64,000 bases of DNA from Minisyncoccota bacterium. Lineage in GTDB: Bacteria; Patescibacteriota; Minisyncoccia; Phycocordibacterales; UBA9973. This document shows, piece by piece, positions 36,972-46,918 of the stretch. Each line of letters begins with the position of its first letter. Position 1 is the first letter of the stretch. The position numbers were made by a program, and so were the translations under genes. The DNA lies in the NCBI GenBank assembly GCA_021734995.1, contig JAIPHX010000003.1, positions 75,969-139,968 of the forward strand. The letters run 5' to 3'. The notes under the pieces are model-generated. The model did not search any database and was not told the origin of the DNA. It saw only the letters and a program-made list of their open reading frames with translations.

Positions 36972-37700
36972 ATGAATAATATAAACAAATGGTACTTATA
37001 TGTTGTTGTGCTTTTAGTAGTGGCTACTGCTGTATATTTTTTTGTTTTTAACAAAAAGGACAGTATTGATGATACTTCTATGTCTAAAACTATCCAGATG
37101 TGTTATCGTTACGAAGAAAAAACTTCTTCTGGGTTCTACGATAAGGCATGGCTTAAAATGGATATAACAGAAGAAAAGGTTGTAGGAGAATACAGAAATC
37201 TTCCTGCTCAAAAAGATAGTAAGATTGGTAAATTTGAAGGGACTGTTGGAGCAATGAACCCAAACACAAGTAGCAGAACAGCAGATGTGATGTGGGAAGC
37301 TTTAGCTGAAGGAATTCTCAATAAAGAGCAATTAAAAATAAATTTTGGAGAAGGAAGTGCTGTAGCAATGTTTGGTGTAATGTCTGATAAAGGAGACGGT
37401 ACATATGTATATAAAGATCCAACAAATCTTTCTGCTAGCTTTCAAATGTCTCAAATTGATTGTGTTTATCTAGATGATTATATATTTGTAGAAAAGTATA
37501 TTAGAGAAAATATTAATTCTATTGTGGAAGAAGCACCTGTCCTTGGAGGAAGCTGGTATCCTACTAGAATATATATAAATCCTTTTGCTCAATCTGGGAC
37601 TATTTCTTATGAGGATGGCCATATTCAAGGAGAAATGGATTTTTATTATATTAGAGATGGTGAAAATGTAGAAATCAACAAATTGGATTTGTCTAAATAA
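36972..37700 (+). CDS. membrane-anchored hypothetical protein
   Basis: N-terminal TM; PVLGGSWY...YEDGH. Confidence 0.7.
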   Translation: MNNINKWYLYVVVLLVVATAVYFFVFNKKDSIDDTSMSKTIQMCYRYEEKTSSGFYDKAWLKMDITEEKVVGEYRNLPAQKDSKIGKFEGTVGAMNPNTSSRTADVMWEALAEGILNKEQLKINFGEGSAVAMFGVMSDKGDGTYVYKDPTNLSASFQMSQIDCVYLDDYIFVEKYIRENINSIVEEAPVLGGSWYPTRIYINPFAQSGTISYEDGHIQGEMDFYYIRDGENVEINKLDLSK

Positions 37701-37738
37701 TTTTCTATATATAAATATTTTATTAATTCATTTTTTAA

Positions 37739-38059
37739 ATGATTAAAAATAATTATAAAATAAAATCACAGGTCTGGGTTTATCCAGGAGAGACAGCTAA
37801 TTGGCATTTTGTAAATGTCCCCAAAAAAGAATCTGATGAAATAAAAAAGAATTTTGGTCCACAAAAAGGTGTAAGACAAAGAGGTTGGGGTTCTGTTTCT
37901 GTCAGTGTCTCTATTGGTAAGACAAGTTGGAAAACTTCTATTTTTCCTGATAAAAGATCGGGGACTTATCTATTACCTCTAAAAGCAGAGGTAAGAAAAA
38001 AAGAGGGGATTTATGATAAAGATAAAATTAATTTTACAATAAAAATTTTACCTAAATAG
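37739..38059 (+). CDS. DUF1905 family protein
   Basis: W.FV.VP, GWGSV.V...IG.T.WKTSIFP, YLLPLK..VRK. Confidence 0.85.
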   Translation: MIKNNYKIKSQVWVYPGETANWHFVNVPKKESDEIKKNFGPQKGVRQRGWGSVSVSVSIGKTSWKTSIFPDKRSGTYLLPLKAEVRKKEGIYDKDKINFTIKILPK

Positions 38060-38151
38060 TATTTAGGGTCTTGGTGTGTTACACTTAAAAAGTACACTAG
38101 AAAAGAATTGAAATGAAGATGGTAGTATAAAAAAGTATTTAAATAAAAATT

Positions 38152-38718
38152 ATGAAACTTTCTGATGAAAATTTGATAGCGAGTTATTTGGAGGGAAACG
38201 ATAAATCCTTGTCTGTGTTGATCGATAGATATCTTGATGATTCTTTTAGGTTTGCTATGAGTATTGTGAAAGATGAACAAGTAGCAGAGGATATTGTGCA
38301 AGAGTCTTTTATAAAAGCATGGAAAAATGTGCGGAGGTTTATTCCTACCAATAATTTCCGTAAATGGCTTTTTAGTATTATTCACAACACTGCTATAGAT
38401 TATTTAAGAGCAAAAAAAGAAATTGTTTTTTCTCAATTTGAAAATATAAATGGAGAAAATCCATATATAAATCAAATTAAAGATGATGCAATGTTGCCTG
38501 ATGAGCTTTTAAACAAAGCTCAAAATATGTTTTACATGCAAAGTGTTTTGGAAGAAATTAATCCAAAATATCGTGAAGTTATTCTTTTGAAGCAAGATAA
38601 TGATATGACTTTTGAGAATATTGGCAAAATCTTAAAAAGACCTCTACACACTGTCAAAAGTCAGTATCGTAGAGGAATTGTTTTAGTAGCTAGATTACTG
38701 AAAGCTCAAAATATATAA
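38152..38718 (+). CDS. ECF RNA polymerase sigma factor
   Basis: AEDIVQE.FIKAW, F.KWLF.I..N..ID, region 4 TVKS..RRG. Confidence 0.92.
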   Translation: MKLSDENLIASYLEGNDKSLSVLIDRYLDDSFRFAMSIVKDEQVAEDIVQESFIKAWKNVRRFIPTNNFRKWLFSIIHNTAIDYLRAKKEIVFSQFENINGENPYINQIKDDAMLPDELLNKAQNMFYMQSVLEEINPKYREVILLKQDNDMTFENIGKILKRPLHTVKSQYRRGIVLVARLLKAQNI

Positions 38719-38776
38719 CAATATTTGTTTTTAAATGAAAATGCACCAAAAGAGGTGTTTTTTGCGTATATATAAT

Positions 38777-39154
38777 ATGGGGGGAAAAATATTAAAAAAT
38801 GATTTAAAAAATAGAGTGATCCTTTCTATCCAAAAGGAAGAAGTTCGTCAAGCTAAAATCTGGGTATCAATCTCATTAGTTACTTCTTTGTTGTCATTTG
38901 TTGGTATTTTTTATTATATAAAAAATCTGATTAATGTTTTTTATAATTCAGGTTTGTATAATTATTTTTCCATTATAATGTCTGATACTGATATAGCATT
39001 AGAGCATTGGCAGTATTTATCATTGTCTATCTTAGAATCATTGCCGGTATTTCAAATTGCCACTTCTTTTGTCATTGTTATTATTTTTATGGTATCTATT
39101 CGTGTATTGGCGAGCAATATGCGAAAAGATATAAGTTTTTCTTTTATTAATTAA
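38777..39154 (+). CDS. membrane protein (possible anti-sigma factor)
   Basis: Follows ECF sigma; TM segments. Confidence 0.6.
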   Translation: MGGKILKNDLKNRVILSIQKEEVRQAKIWVSISLVTSLLSFVGIFYYIKNLINVFYNSGLYNYFSIIMSDTDIALEHWQYLSLSILESLPVFQIATSFVIVIIFMVSIRVLASNMRKDISFSFIN

Positions 39155-39165
39155 TTTAATTTATT

Positions 39166-39663
39166 ATGGATATTAAAGAATATTTAAAATCAAGTTCATT
39201 TAAAGGTGTGATAATTGGATTATCAATCGGGGTGTTTTTGCTGGTAATATTTCAATCAGGAGTTTTGGTTGGTTACAAGAGAGCAATGTTCTCAAATAGA
39301 ATGGGGAATAATTTTAATAAAAATTTTGTAGATCCTCGTGGTCGTGGTATGGGAATGATGGGAGAAAAATTTGGTAAAGGAAACATGTCTGTGGGTCATG
39401 GTGCAGCTGGAAAGATTATCAGTATTGGTGATATGAGTTTAGTAGTTGCTGATGCTGAAAATCTTGAAAAGATGGTGCTAATAAATGAAGATACTGTAGT
39501 GAGAAAGTTTAGAGATGATATTAAATTTGCAGATTTAAAAGTAGGAGATTTTGTTGTGGTGTTTGGAGCACCAAATGAAAATGGTGGGATAGATGCAAAA
39601 CTTATCAGAAATACTCCAGAAATATCAAATAATATGAAAAATGGTGTAGCACCTAAGAAATAA
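39166..39663 (+). CDS. membrane-anchored OB-fold (DUF5666-like) protein
   Basis: G.I.SI...LKVGD.VVV.G...G.I.AK.I. Confidence 0.7.
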   Translation: MDIKEYLKSSSFKGVIIGLSIGVFLLVIFQSGVLVGYKRAMFSNRMGNNFNKNFVDPRGRGMGMMGEKFGKGNMSVGHGAAGKIISIGDMSLVVADAENLEKMVLINEDTVVRKFRDDIKFADLKVGDFVVVFGAPNENGGIDAKLIRNTPEISNNMKNGVAPKK

Positions 39664-39664
39664 T

Positions 39665-41341
39665 ATGAAAAAAAAGTTTTTTACATTAAAAAATTGGGTT
39701 CTTGCTCATAAAAAAATAGCTATTTTAATATTAGTTGTTTTTATTGGATTGATTTTTGGTGGCTTTAAAATTTTTGGGAATAATGCCGAAGATCCTCGTT
39801 ATGTCTTAGCTATCGCTAAAAAAAGTGATTTAGTCACTACCATAAATGGGACAGGGCAAGTTTCAGCGTCCAATCAAGTTGACGTGGTCAGTAAGGTATC
39901 TGGGGAAGTGTTATATCTAAATGCAAAATCTGGACAAGAGGTAAAGAATGGTCAGTTGTTGGCACAAGTTGATTCAGGTGATGCAAAGTATGATCTAGAA
40001 ACAGCTAGATTGTCTTATGATGATTTGGTCACTGTTGATGCTGATGAACTTCGTGATACTGAAAACGCTTTAGAACAAGCAGTGCTTGATCTTGAATCTT
40101 CTTATTTAGATGCTAGGTCCAAATTATCTTCTGCTGTGACAGATATCAATGATGTAATGTCTGGAGTAGATGATTTATTTAGTGGTTATTTAAGTACTTC
40201 TAATAATTTTAATTTAAGTAGAGCAGAAAAAGATTATATTGATAGGGCAGAGCAATTTTGGTATAGCGCTGATCGTCTATTGAATACTTTCTCTAAAAAA
40301 TATAGAACACTTTCTATTACCGCTAAAGATGAAGATATTGAATCAAATCTTGTAGAATTAAATAGTATTGTAAATTCTATTGTAGAAGCTACTAAATATG
40401 CAAAAGATGCAGTGGTATATAGAAGAGATACAGCAGACAATACTTCTACTTCTGCAGATACAGCATATCTTGATGTAAATGATTTATTGACCAAAATAAA
40501 TACTACAGCTTCTAATGTTTTATCTGCTCGTAATTCAATCTTGAATAATAAAAAAAATGTTGATAATAAAAAGTATGATTTAAAAAAATTAAAAGATGGG
40601 CCTGATACTTTGAGTCTTAGAGAAAAAGAGCTTTCTGTAAGACAAAAACAAAATACTTATGCTGATTATTTTATCCGAGCTTCTTTTGATGGAATTATTG
40701 CTTCAGTGAATGCTACTAAGGGACAAAATGTAAGCAATGGTACAAATATTGTTACATTGATTACAAAACAAAAAATTGCTGAAATTTCTTTAAATGAAAT
40801 AGATGTTGCAAAAGTTGAGGTTGGTCAAAAAGCGACTCTTTCTTTTGATGCTTTAGAAGAATTAAAATTGGACGGAGAAGTAATAGAAGTAGATTTGGTT
40901 GGTACTACTACTCAAGGAGTGGTAAATTATAAAGTAAAAATTGGTTTTAATTCAGATAATGAAAAAATTAAAACAGGAATGACTGTCAGTGCAGACATTG
41001 TTACTTCTAAAAAAGAAAGTGTGATAAATGTACCTATTAGTGCAGTAAAAACTCAAAATAATAGAAGTTTTATTGAAATTGTAGATCCGGCAATAGAGAT
41101 TACTAGAGAAAATCAAGTTGTTGGCAGTGTTTTGAGCACACTTCCTAAAAGAACACCTGTTACTGTTGGAAGTCAAAATGAAGATTCAATAGAGATAGTT
41201 TCTGGATTAGATGAGGGGCAAATGTATGTTGTACGAATGATCGTCTCTTCTTTGACCACTACCACAAATCAAAATTCAAGTTTGTTTGGCGGTAACATAA
41301 GGACAGGTACAGGTGGGGCAACAAGAAATTTTCAGAGATAA
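39665..41341 (+). CDS. periplasmic adaptor subunit (MacA/HlyD-like)
   Basis: TM, lipoyl halves, long coiled coil, GMTVSADI, SGL.EG. Confidence 0.9.
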   Translation: MKKKFFTLKNWVLAHKKIAILILVVFIGLIFGGFKIFGNNAEDPRYVLAIAKKSDLVTTINGTGQVSASNQVDVVSKVSGEVLYLNAKSGQEVKNGQLLAQVDSGDAKYDLETARLSYDDLVTVDADELRDTENALEQAVLDLESSYLDARSKLSSAVTDINDVMSGVDDLFSGYLSTSNNFNLSRAEKDYIDRAEQFWYSADRLLNTFSKKYRTLSITAKDEDIESNLVELNSIVNSIVEATKYAKDAVVYRRDTADNTSTSADTAYLDVNDLLTKINTTASNVLSARNSILNNKKNVDNKKYDLKKLKDGPDTLSLREKELSVRQKQNTYADYFIRASFDGIIASVNATKGQNVSNGTNIVTLITKQKIAEISLNEIDVAKVEVGQKATLSFDALEELKLDGEVIEVDLVGTTTQGVVNYKVKIGFNSDNEKIKTGMTVSADIVTSKKESVINVPISAVKTQNNRSFIEIVDPAIEITRENQVVGSVLSTLPKRTPVTVGSQNEDSIEIVSGLDEGQMYVVRMIVSSLTTTTNQNSSLFGGNIRTGTGGATRNFQR

Positions 41342-41343
41342 TT

Positions 41344-42054
41344 ATGATTGAAATTAAAAACATAACAAAAACATATAAGACTGGAGATTTTGAATTTCAG
41401 GCATTGAAAGGAGTTTCTTTTGATATAAATGATGGAGAGTTTGTAGCCATTATGGGTCCTTCTGGATCAGGTAAATCTACATTGATGCATATATTGGGAT
41501 GCCTTGATACCCCTACTTCGGGGAATTATCAATTAGATACAAAAGATGTGTCTGTGTTGTCAGATGATGAATTGGCTGATATTCGGAGAGAAAAAATTGG
41601 CTTTGTTTTTCAATCTTTCAATTTGTTGCCTCGGGCATCTGTAGTGCGTAATACAATTTTGCCTTTAGTGTATGCTGGAATTACAAAAGAAGAAAGGCTT
41701 GAAAAGGCAAAAATAGCCTTAGCTTCTGCTGGTTTAGATGAAATTTATTTTGAACATCTTTCCAATCAGTTATCAGGGGGGCAGATTCAAAGAGTTGCTA
41801 TTGCTAGGGCTTTGGTAAATAATCCAAGTTTAATTTTGGCTGATGAACCTACAGGAAATCTAGATACAAAAACAGGAAATATTGTATTGGGAACATTTCA
41901 AAAATTAAATGAAGATTTTGGTAGAACTATTATTTTAATTACTCATGAAAAAGAAGTAGCAGAGCATGCAGATAGGATAATCTTTATTAGAGATGGCCTG
42001 ATTGTGGAAGACACAAAAACACATCAGAAAAAAAGTGTAAGACATTTACTATGA
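41344..42054 (+). CDS. ABC transporter ATP-binding protein (MacB/LolD-like)
   Basis: GPSGSGKS, LSGGQ, ADEPTGNLD. Confidence 0.95.
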   Translation: MIEIKNITKTYKTGDFEFQALKGVSFDINDGEFVAIMGPSGSGKSTLMHILGCLDTPTSGNYQLDTKDVSVLSDDELADIRREKIGFVFQSFNLLPRASVVRNTILPLVYAGITKEERLEKAKIALASAGLDEIYFEHLSNQLSGGQIQRVAIARALVNNPSLILADEPTGNLDTKTGNIVLGTFQKLNEDFGRTIILITHEKEVAEHADRIIFIRDGLIVEDTKTHQKKSVRHLL

Positions 42055-43274
42055 AAACAATAGATATTTTACAAGAAACATATTCAGCTTTACTTTCAAA
42101 TAAAGTACGAACAGGACTTACAATGCTTGGTATTGTGATTGGTATTTCTTCGGTTATAGCAATGGTATCTATTGGTAAAGGAGCACAAAGTACTATAGAG
42201 ACAAATATTCAATCTATTGGCTCAAACTTGATTCAAGTTATCCCTGGGGTACAAGGAGGCGCTGGTTCACAGGTAAGTCAAGGAAGGGGAACTGCTAAAA
42301 CACTTACTTATGATGATGCTTTAAACATTAAAGAAAAAATTTCTTCTATAAAAGCAGTTGCTCCTGAATTATCTGGGAGATATCAAATTACAGGAAAGGG
42401 GACAAATACAAATACTTCTGTGGTAGGAGTAACAGCGGATTATTCAGATGTTCGTAATATCAGTATTGCAGAGGGGTCTTTTATTTCTGAGCAACATTTT
42501 CGGGGTATGTCTAAAGTTGCAGTGCTAGGTCCAACCACAAGAGATGATCTTTTTGGTGAGGGTGTATATGTGATAGGACAAAATATTAGAATCAATAATA
42601 TTCAGTTTAAAATTATTGGAGTCACCACCTCAAAAGGAGGAAGTGGATTTTTAAATCAAGATGATAGAGTGTTTATTCCTCTTACAAGCGCTCAAAAATT
42701 TTTAGCTGGGGATCCTTATCTTTCTAATATAAGTGTCCAAGTATTAGATAATTCTTTGATGGCAGAATCTCAGATACAGATCACCAATTTACTTTTAGAA
42801 CTTCATAATATTTCAGATAAAGCTCAGCCAGATTTTAGTATTTTAAATCAAAATGATATTGTAGCCACAGCTTCTAGTATCACACAAACCTTCACAATTT
42901 TACTTGGAGCAGTAGCAGGTATCTCTTTGTTGGTGGGAGGGATCGGTATCATGAATATGATGCTTACGACTGTAACAGAACGTACAAGAGAAATCGGACT
43001 TAGAAAAGCCATTGGAGCAAAAAGAAAAGATATAAATTTACAATTTTTAATTGAAGCAGTGGTTATTACATTATTGGGAGGAATAATTGGTGTATTGCTT
43101 GGGAGTATCGCTTCTTTTTTTATAAATCTTTCAGGTTTAATCCAAACTAAAATTTCATTAAACTCTATTTTGCTTGCGTTTAGTGTTTCTGCGGTTATTG
43201 GTGTTGCTTTTGGTTATTATCCTGCACGCAGAGCTTCCAATCTAAATCCTATTGATGCATTGCGTTATGAATGA
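42051..43274 (+). CDS. ABC transporter permease (MacB/FtsX-like)
   Basis: LTMLGIVIG, GGIGIMN, ERTREIG, PIDALRYE. Confidence 0.95.
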   Translation: MKTIDILQETYSALLSNKVRTGLTMLGIVIGISSVIAMVSIGKGAQSTIETNIQSIGSNLIQVIPGVQGGAGSQVSQGRGTAKTLTYDDALNIKEKISSIKAVAPELSGRYQITGKGTNTNTSVVGVTADYSDVRNISIAEGSFISEQHFRGMSKVAVLGPTTRDDLFGEGVYVIGQNIRINNIQFKIIGVTTSKGGSGFLNQDDRVFIPLTSAQKFLAGDPYLSNISVQVLDNSLMAESQIQITNLLLELHNISDKAQPDFSILNQNDIVATASSITQTFTILLGAVAGISLLVGGIGIMNMMLTTVTERTREIGLRKAIGAKRKDINLQFLIEAVVITLLGGIIGVLLGSIASFFINLSGLIQTKISLNSILLAFSVSAVIGVAFGYYPARRASNLNPIDALRYE

Positions 43275-43286
43275 TAATATTAAGAG

Positions 43287-43841
43287 GTGAATAACTTTTC
43301 CGAAGATGAGAATGTAATCACTGAGAGGATTGACCATATGATAGAGCATAGAGCTTTTTGGTTGATGCTCGGGTTGATTGCTGGATTATTTTCTACTCTA
43401 CTTATTGCAAAATACGAAGCAATTCTTTATGCAGATATCCGTCTAGCTTTCTTTATTCCGATTGTGGTATATGTAAGTGCCGCAGCGGGAGTGCAGACCA
43501 CTACTATTTACATAAGGGCATTAGCTAGTAAAAGAAAGATAGATTTTCATAAGTACTTATTAAAAGAGACTATCAATGGAGTAGGATTGGGGATAATAGC
43601 TGGTATAGTCCTTGGTGCTTTTGCTTATTTTTGGCTTCACTCAACACAGATTGCTTGGACTTTAGCATTCACAATGCTTATAAACCTTACTATCGCTCCA
43701 GCTCTTGGTGTTTTTGTGCCAAGATTGCTTTACAAAGAAAGAGCAGATCCTGCTTTGGGTTCTGGTCCTGTGGACGCTATTGTTCAAGATATTATTAGTC
43801 TTTTAATTTATTTATTTATGGCTAGTATATTTATTTTGTAG
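43287..43841 (+). CDS. MgtE-type magnesium transporter membrane domain
   Basis: R..WL, FIP.......G.Q, DPA..SGP....QD. Confidence 0.8.
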   Translation: MNNFSEDENVITERIDHMIEHRAFWLMLGLIAGLFSTLLIAKYEAILYADIRLAFFIPIVVYVSAAAGVQTTTIYIRALASKRKIDFHKYLLKETINGVGLGIIAGIVLGAFAYFWLHSTQIAWTLAFTMLINLTIAPALGVFVPRLLYKERADPALGSGPVDAIVQDIISLLIYLFMASIFIL

Positions 43842-43947
43842 AAAATGTAGAAAGTAAATATAAATTGTTTATTTTTAAATTGTAGATGCCACAACAATCT
43901 ATTCTGAAGCCTAGATTTTAGTTTTATTTTAGTATATTATTGCAAGT

Positions 43948-44349
43948 ATGTATAAAAAGATTATTCATTATTTTGATAAGCTTGAAGATAGAATCCGAGC
44001 CAAATTATCTCGCAAGCCATTACTCTATGCTTTTGTTGGCAGTATTGGAGTTGTGCTGATATGGAGAGGAGTTTGGATGCTTGCTGATGAGATATATATG
44101 CCAAGTTGGATTTCTCTAGCTTTGGGAATTGGTATTACTATGGCTACAGGTCTTTTTGTTTCTTTCTTTATAGGAGACAAGATTATTATTTCAGGTATTA
44201 AAGAAGAAAAAAGAATTGACCAAAAAACAGCTGAAGAAATTATGAAAGAAGAAGAAGTATTGGAAGAAGCTGAAAAAGATTTGAAGGAAATTAAAGAAGA
44301 ATTGGTGGAAATACGTAAAGATACTGAAAAACACCATTCTAAAAATTAA
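43948..44349 (+). CDS. membrane hypothetical protein
   Basis: FDKLED..R...P..YA...WRG.W; coiled-coil tail. Confidence 0.7.
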   Translation: MYKKIIHYFDKLEDRIRAKLSRKPLLYAFVGSIGVVLIWRGVWMLADEIYMPSWISLALGIGITMATGLFVSFFIGDKIIISGIKEEKRIDQKTAEEIMKEEEVLEEAEKDLKEIKEELVEIRKDTEKHHSKN

Positions 44350-44373
44350 TTAGAAATATGTTATAATACATAT

Positions 44374-44922
44374 ATGATGATGGATTCCAAAATAATAAAA
44401 GTTGTTCTTACCTGTGTGGCTGTTGCAGTGCTTGCTTTTGGTGTTTGGTATCTAGTGACTACCAAATCTACCATTAATGACTCAGTAGAAGTTGTGTCCA
44501 TTGAAGATTTAAAAGACTCCACAGATGATATTCAAAAAGTGAATTTTCAATACCCAGAAAAGCTCTCTGCTCAAAATATATTTTTAGTAGATTGGCCACC
44601 AAAGATTGTAGTAATGAATGTGCCTTTTGTATGTAAGCCTAGTGAAGATTCTGGAGTTTTTTCTAAAAATATAAATGGGAAAGAATATTGCGTTAGGGTA
44701 TCAGCCGAAGAGACAGCTCTTAGTCTATATACTTATTATTCTTATGCTTTTGAAAAAGAAGGCAGATCTCTCAATATGACATTTAGTGTTAGAGAAAACA
44801 AATGTGAAGCTGTTGAGACAAAAGAAGATAAAAATCTTTGTGAGGTAGAAAAGAATAGTTTTGATTTAGAAAAGATGATACAAGATATTGTTGCTACGAT
44901 TTCTTTTGTTGCCAATCAGTAA
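44374..44922 (+). CDS. membrane-anchored hypothetical protein
   Basis: N-terminal TM, DWPP, Cys pairs. Confidence 0.65.
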   Translation: MMMDSKIIKVVLTCVAVAVLAFGVWYLVTTKSTINDSVEVVSIEDLKDSTDDIQKVNFQYPEKLSAQNIFLVDWPPKIVVMNVPFVCKPSEDSGVFSKNINGKEYCVRVSAEETALSLYTYYSYAFEKEGRSLNMTFSVRENKCEAVETKEDKNLCEVEKNSFDLEKMIQDIVATISFVANQ

Positions 44923-44965
44923 CATTAGTTTGTTTTATTAATGGGCTTTTAACTAAAAAATATAT

Positions 44966-45376
44966 ATGAAAATAAATTTACAAGGAAAGAATATAGAACT
45001 TACTGATCAAATTAAAGATTATGTATTAAAAAGGGTGACTAATCTTGAAAAACTACTTCAAGGATCTGAGGATGTGCAGAGTGAAGCTGTTGTTGTTTTT
45101 GAAGTTGGGAAAAATACTCAGCACCACAAAGCAGGGGATGTTTTCCATGCTGATTGCTATGTAGATATTAATGGAGATCGTTTTTATTCTAGTGCCGACG
45201 AAGAAGATTTGTACACAGCAGTGGACAAAGTAAGAGAAAGCCTGTTTAAAGAGATTAGTAGAAATAAGGGCCGTAAACAAACTTTATTTAAAAGGGGAGC
45301 AATGAGTGTAAAGAAAATGATGAAAGGACTTTCCAAAAGAAACCCTTTTACTAGTAAGTATGATAAAGAAGATTAA
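44966..45376 (+). CDS. raiA: ribosome hibernation factor RaiA/HPF
   Basis: MKINLQGKNIELT...DLY.AVD.V. Confidence 0.88.
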   Translation: MKINLQGKNIELTDQIKDYVLKRVTNLEKLLQGSEDVQSEAVVVFEVGKNTQHHKAGDVFHADCYVDINGDRFYSSADEEDLYTAVDKVRESLFKEISRNKGRKQTLFKRGAMSVKKMMKGLSKRNPFTSKYDKED

Positions 45377-45411
45377 AAATCTTAGATTAAAGATAAATAA
45401 TTTGTGTTTCT

Positions 45412-45440
45412 AAAAAAGCTTGAGGGAATCAAGCTTTTTT
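45412..45440. terminator. bidirectional terminator
   Basis: AAAAAAGCTTGA-GGGAA-TCAAGCTTTTTT between convergent raiA and fmt. Confidence 0.8.
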
Positions 45441-45442
45441 AA

Positions 45443-46288
45443 TTAGTCTTTTTGTGTATTTTTTAAAAATATTTCGTAAGGAATTTCTTTTTTCCCTTCG
45501 GGTAAAACTTTTTTAATCTTAAAAATGTTATTTTCTAGTGTTGCCTCAGTGATAATAATTCTTTTATTATTTTCAAAAAAGAATGTTCTAGGCCACTCTA
45601 TGTATGCTCTAAATTTATTGTAATTTTTTATTGCACTATCTTTCAGATCTATCAGTCCATCATCTTTTTGAATTTTGTGACAAAAAGTAGCATCATTTTC
45701 ATTTTGCACAATAGGAGAAATTTTCTGCGCATATATTTCTGGTAGTGTTTTTGCTAAAAGCTCTCCACCAAGTGTGATTAATTTTTCTCGTAAATTTTGG
45801 GTGTTTATATCATTAGCTATTTGTATTTTTTCTACAGCAAGTATTGGGCCACTATCCATCTTTGATTCCATTTGTTGAATAGTTATTCCAGTCTCAGTAT
45901 CTCCGTTTAAAATAGCACTTTCAAGAGGGGAAGCTCCCCGATATTTTGGTAGTAAGGAATAATGTATATTTATGGAGCCAAATTTTGGCATATCTAAAAT
46001 ACTTTTTGGTAATATTTTTCCAAAAGCGACTACAATAAATAAATCAAAATTATATGGGAGTAATTCATCTGTAAAGTTTTTGTCTATTTTTTCAGGAGCA
46101 AGAAATGGGATGTTGTTTTCTGTTGCCCATATTTTAGTAGGGGATGGAGTAAGTTTTAATTTCCTTCCTTTTGGTCTGTCTGGGGTAGTAACTACCAAAG
46201 AAGGCATTATTTGATGCTCTTTTAGGATCTCCAATGTTTTACTTGATACTTCTGGGCTTCCCCAAAATACAAAATTTAATTTATTCAT
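45443..46288 (-). CDS. fmt: methionyl-tRNA formyltransferase
   Basis: PDRPKGR, NIHYSLLPKYRGASP, MDSGP. Confidence 0.95.
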   Translation of the reverse strand: MNKLNFVFWGSPEVSSKTLEILKEHQIMPSLVVTTPDRPKGRKLKLTPSPTKIWATENNIPFLAPEKIDKNFTDELLPYNFDLFIVVAFGKILPKSILDMPKFGSINIHYSLLPKYRGASPLESAILNGDTETGITIQQMESKMDSGPILAVEKIQIANDINTQNLREKLITLGGELLAKTLPEIYAQKISPIVQNENDATFCHKIQKDDGLIDLKDSAIKNYNKFRAYIEWPRTFFFENNKRIIITEATLENNIFKIKKVLPEGKKEIPYEIFLKNTQKD

Positions 46289-46330
46289 TTTAGAATATGG
46301 ATTGTGTTATTTTTAAGTAAGTTTATAGTT

Positions 46331-46918
46331 TTATTCTATAGGTGGTTCGTCATGAATGTCTTTTGCCGTATCAATGAATAATTTTCCTTTTAAATGATCG
46401 GTCTCATGTTGGAATATTTGTGCCAAAAGTCCACTTGCTCCTCTGGTAAATTTCTTTCCATTCTCGTCATAAGCTGTAACTGTCGCCTTGATTGATCTTA
46501 ATACTTTTCCATAAAGCCATCGCACAGATAGACATCCTTCAGGAAGCCATTCTTTATCTCGTGATAGTTTTGAAATTTTTGGGTTTATAAAAATTAGATC
46601 AGGTATTTGAGGGGTTTCAATATTTTGATCTTGAATATTTTCGTCTGTAATTTTTTCTGTAGAGTTTTCTGGATCTACCTCTTTTGCAAAACGTACAAAA
46701 TCTTCATTGAAAATTTTTCCAGACACTACAAAGATACTCAAAGAATATCCAATCTGTGGAGCTGCAATAGCCACGCCATCATTTTGACTAGCGAGAGCTT
46801 CACGCATTTCTTTTAAAACGTTTTGTATTTTAAGAGAAGTGATTTCTTCAATCGGAACTTCTTCAGCGATTTTCCTTAGAACAACATCTCCTTCTCCTTT
46901 TTGAAGGATTGTTTTCAT
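46331..46918 (-). CDS. def: peptide deformylase
   Basis: GVAIAAPQIG, EGCLS, QHETDHL. Confidence 0.95.
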   Translation of the reverse strand: MKTILQKGEGDVVLRKIAEEVPIEEITSLKIQNVLKEMREALASQNDGVAIAAPQIGYSLSIFVVSGKIFNEDFVRFAKEVDPENSTEKITDENIQDQNIETPQIPDLIFINPKISKLSRDKEWLPEGCLSVRWLYGKVLRSIKATVTAYDENGKKFTRGASGLLAQIFQHETDHLKGKLFIDTAKDIHDEPPIE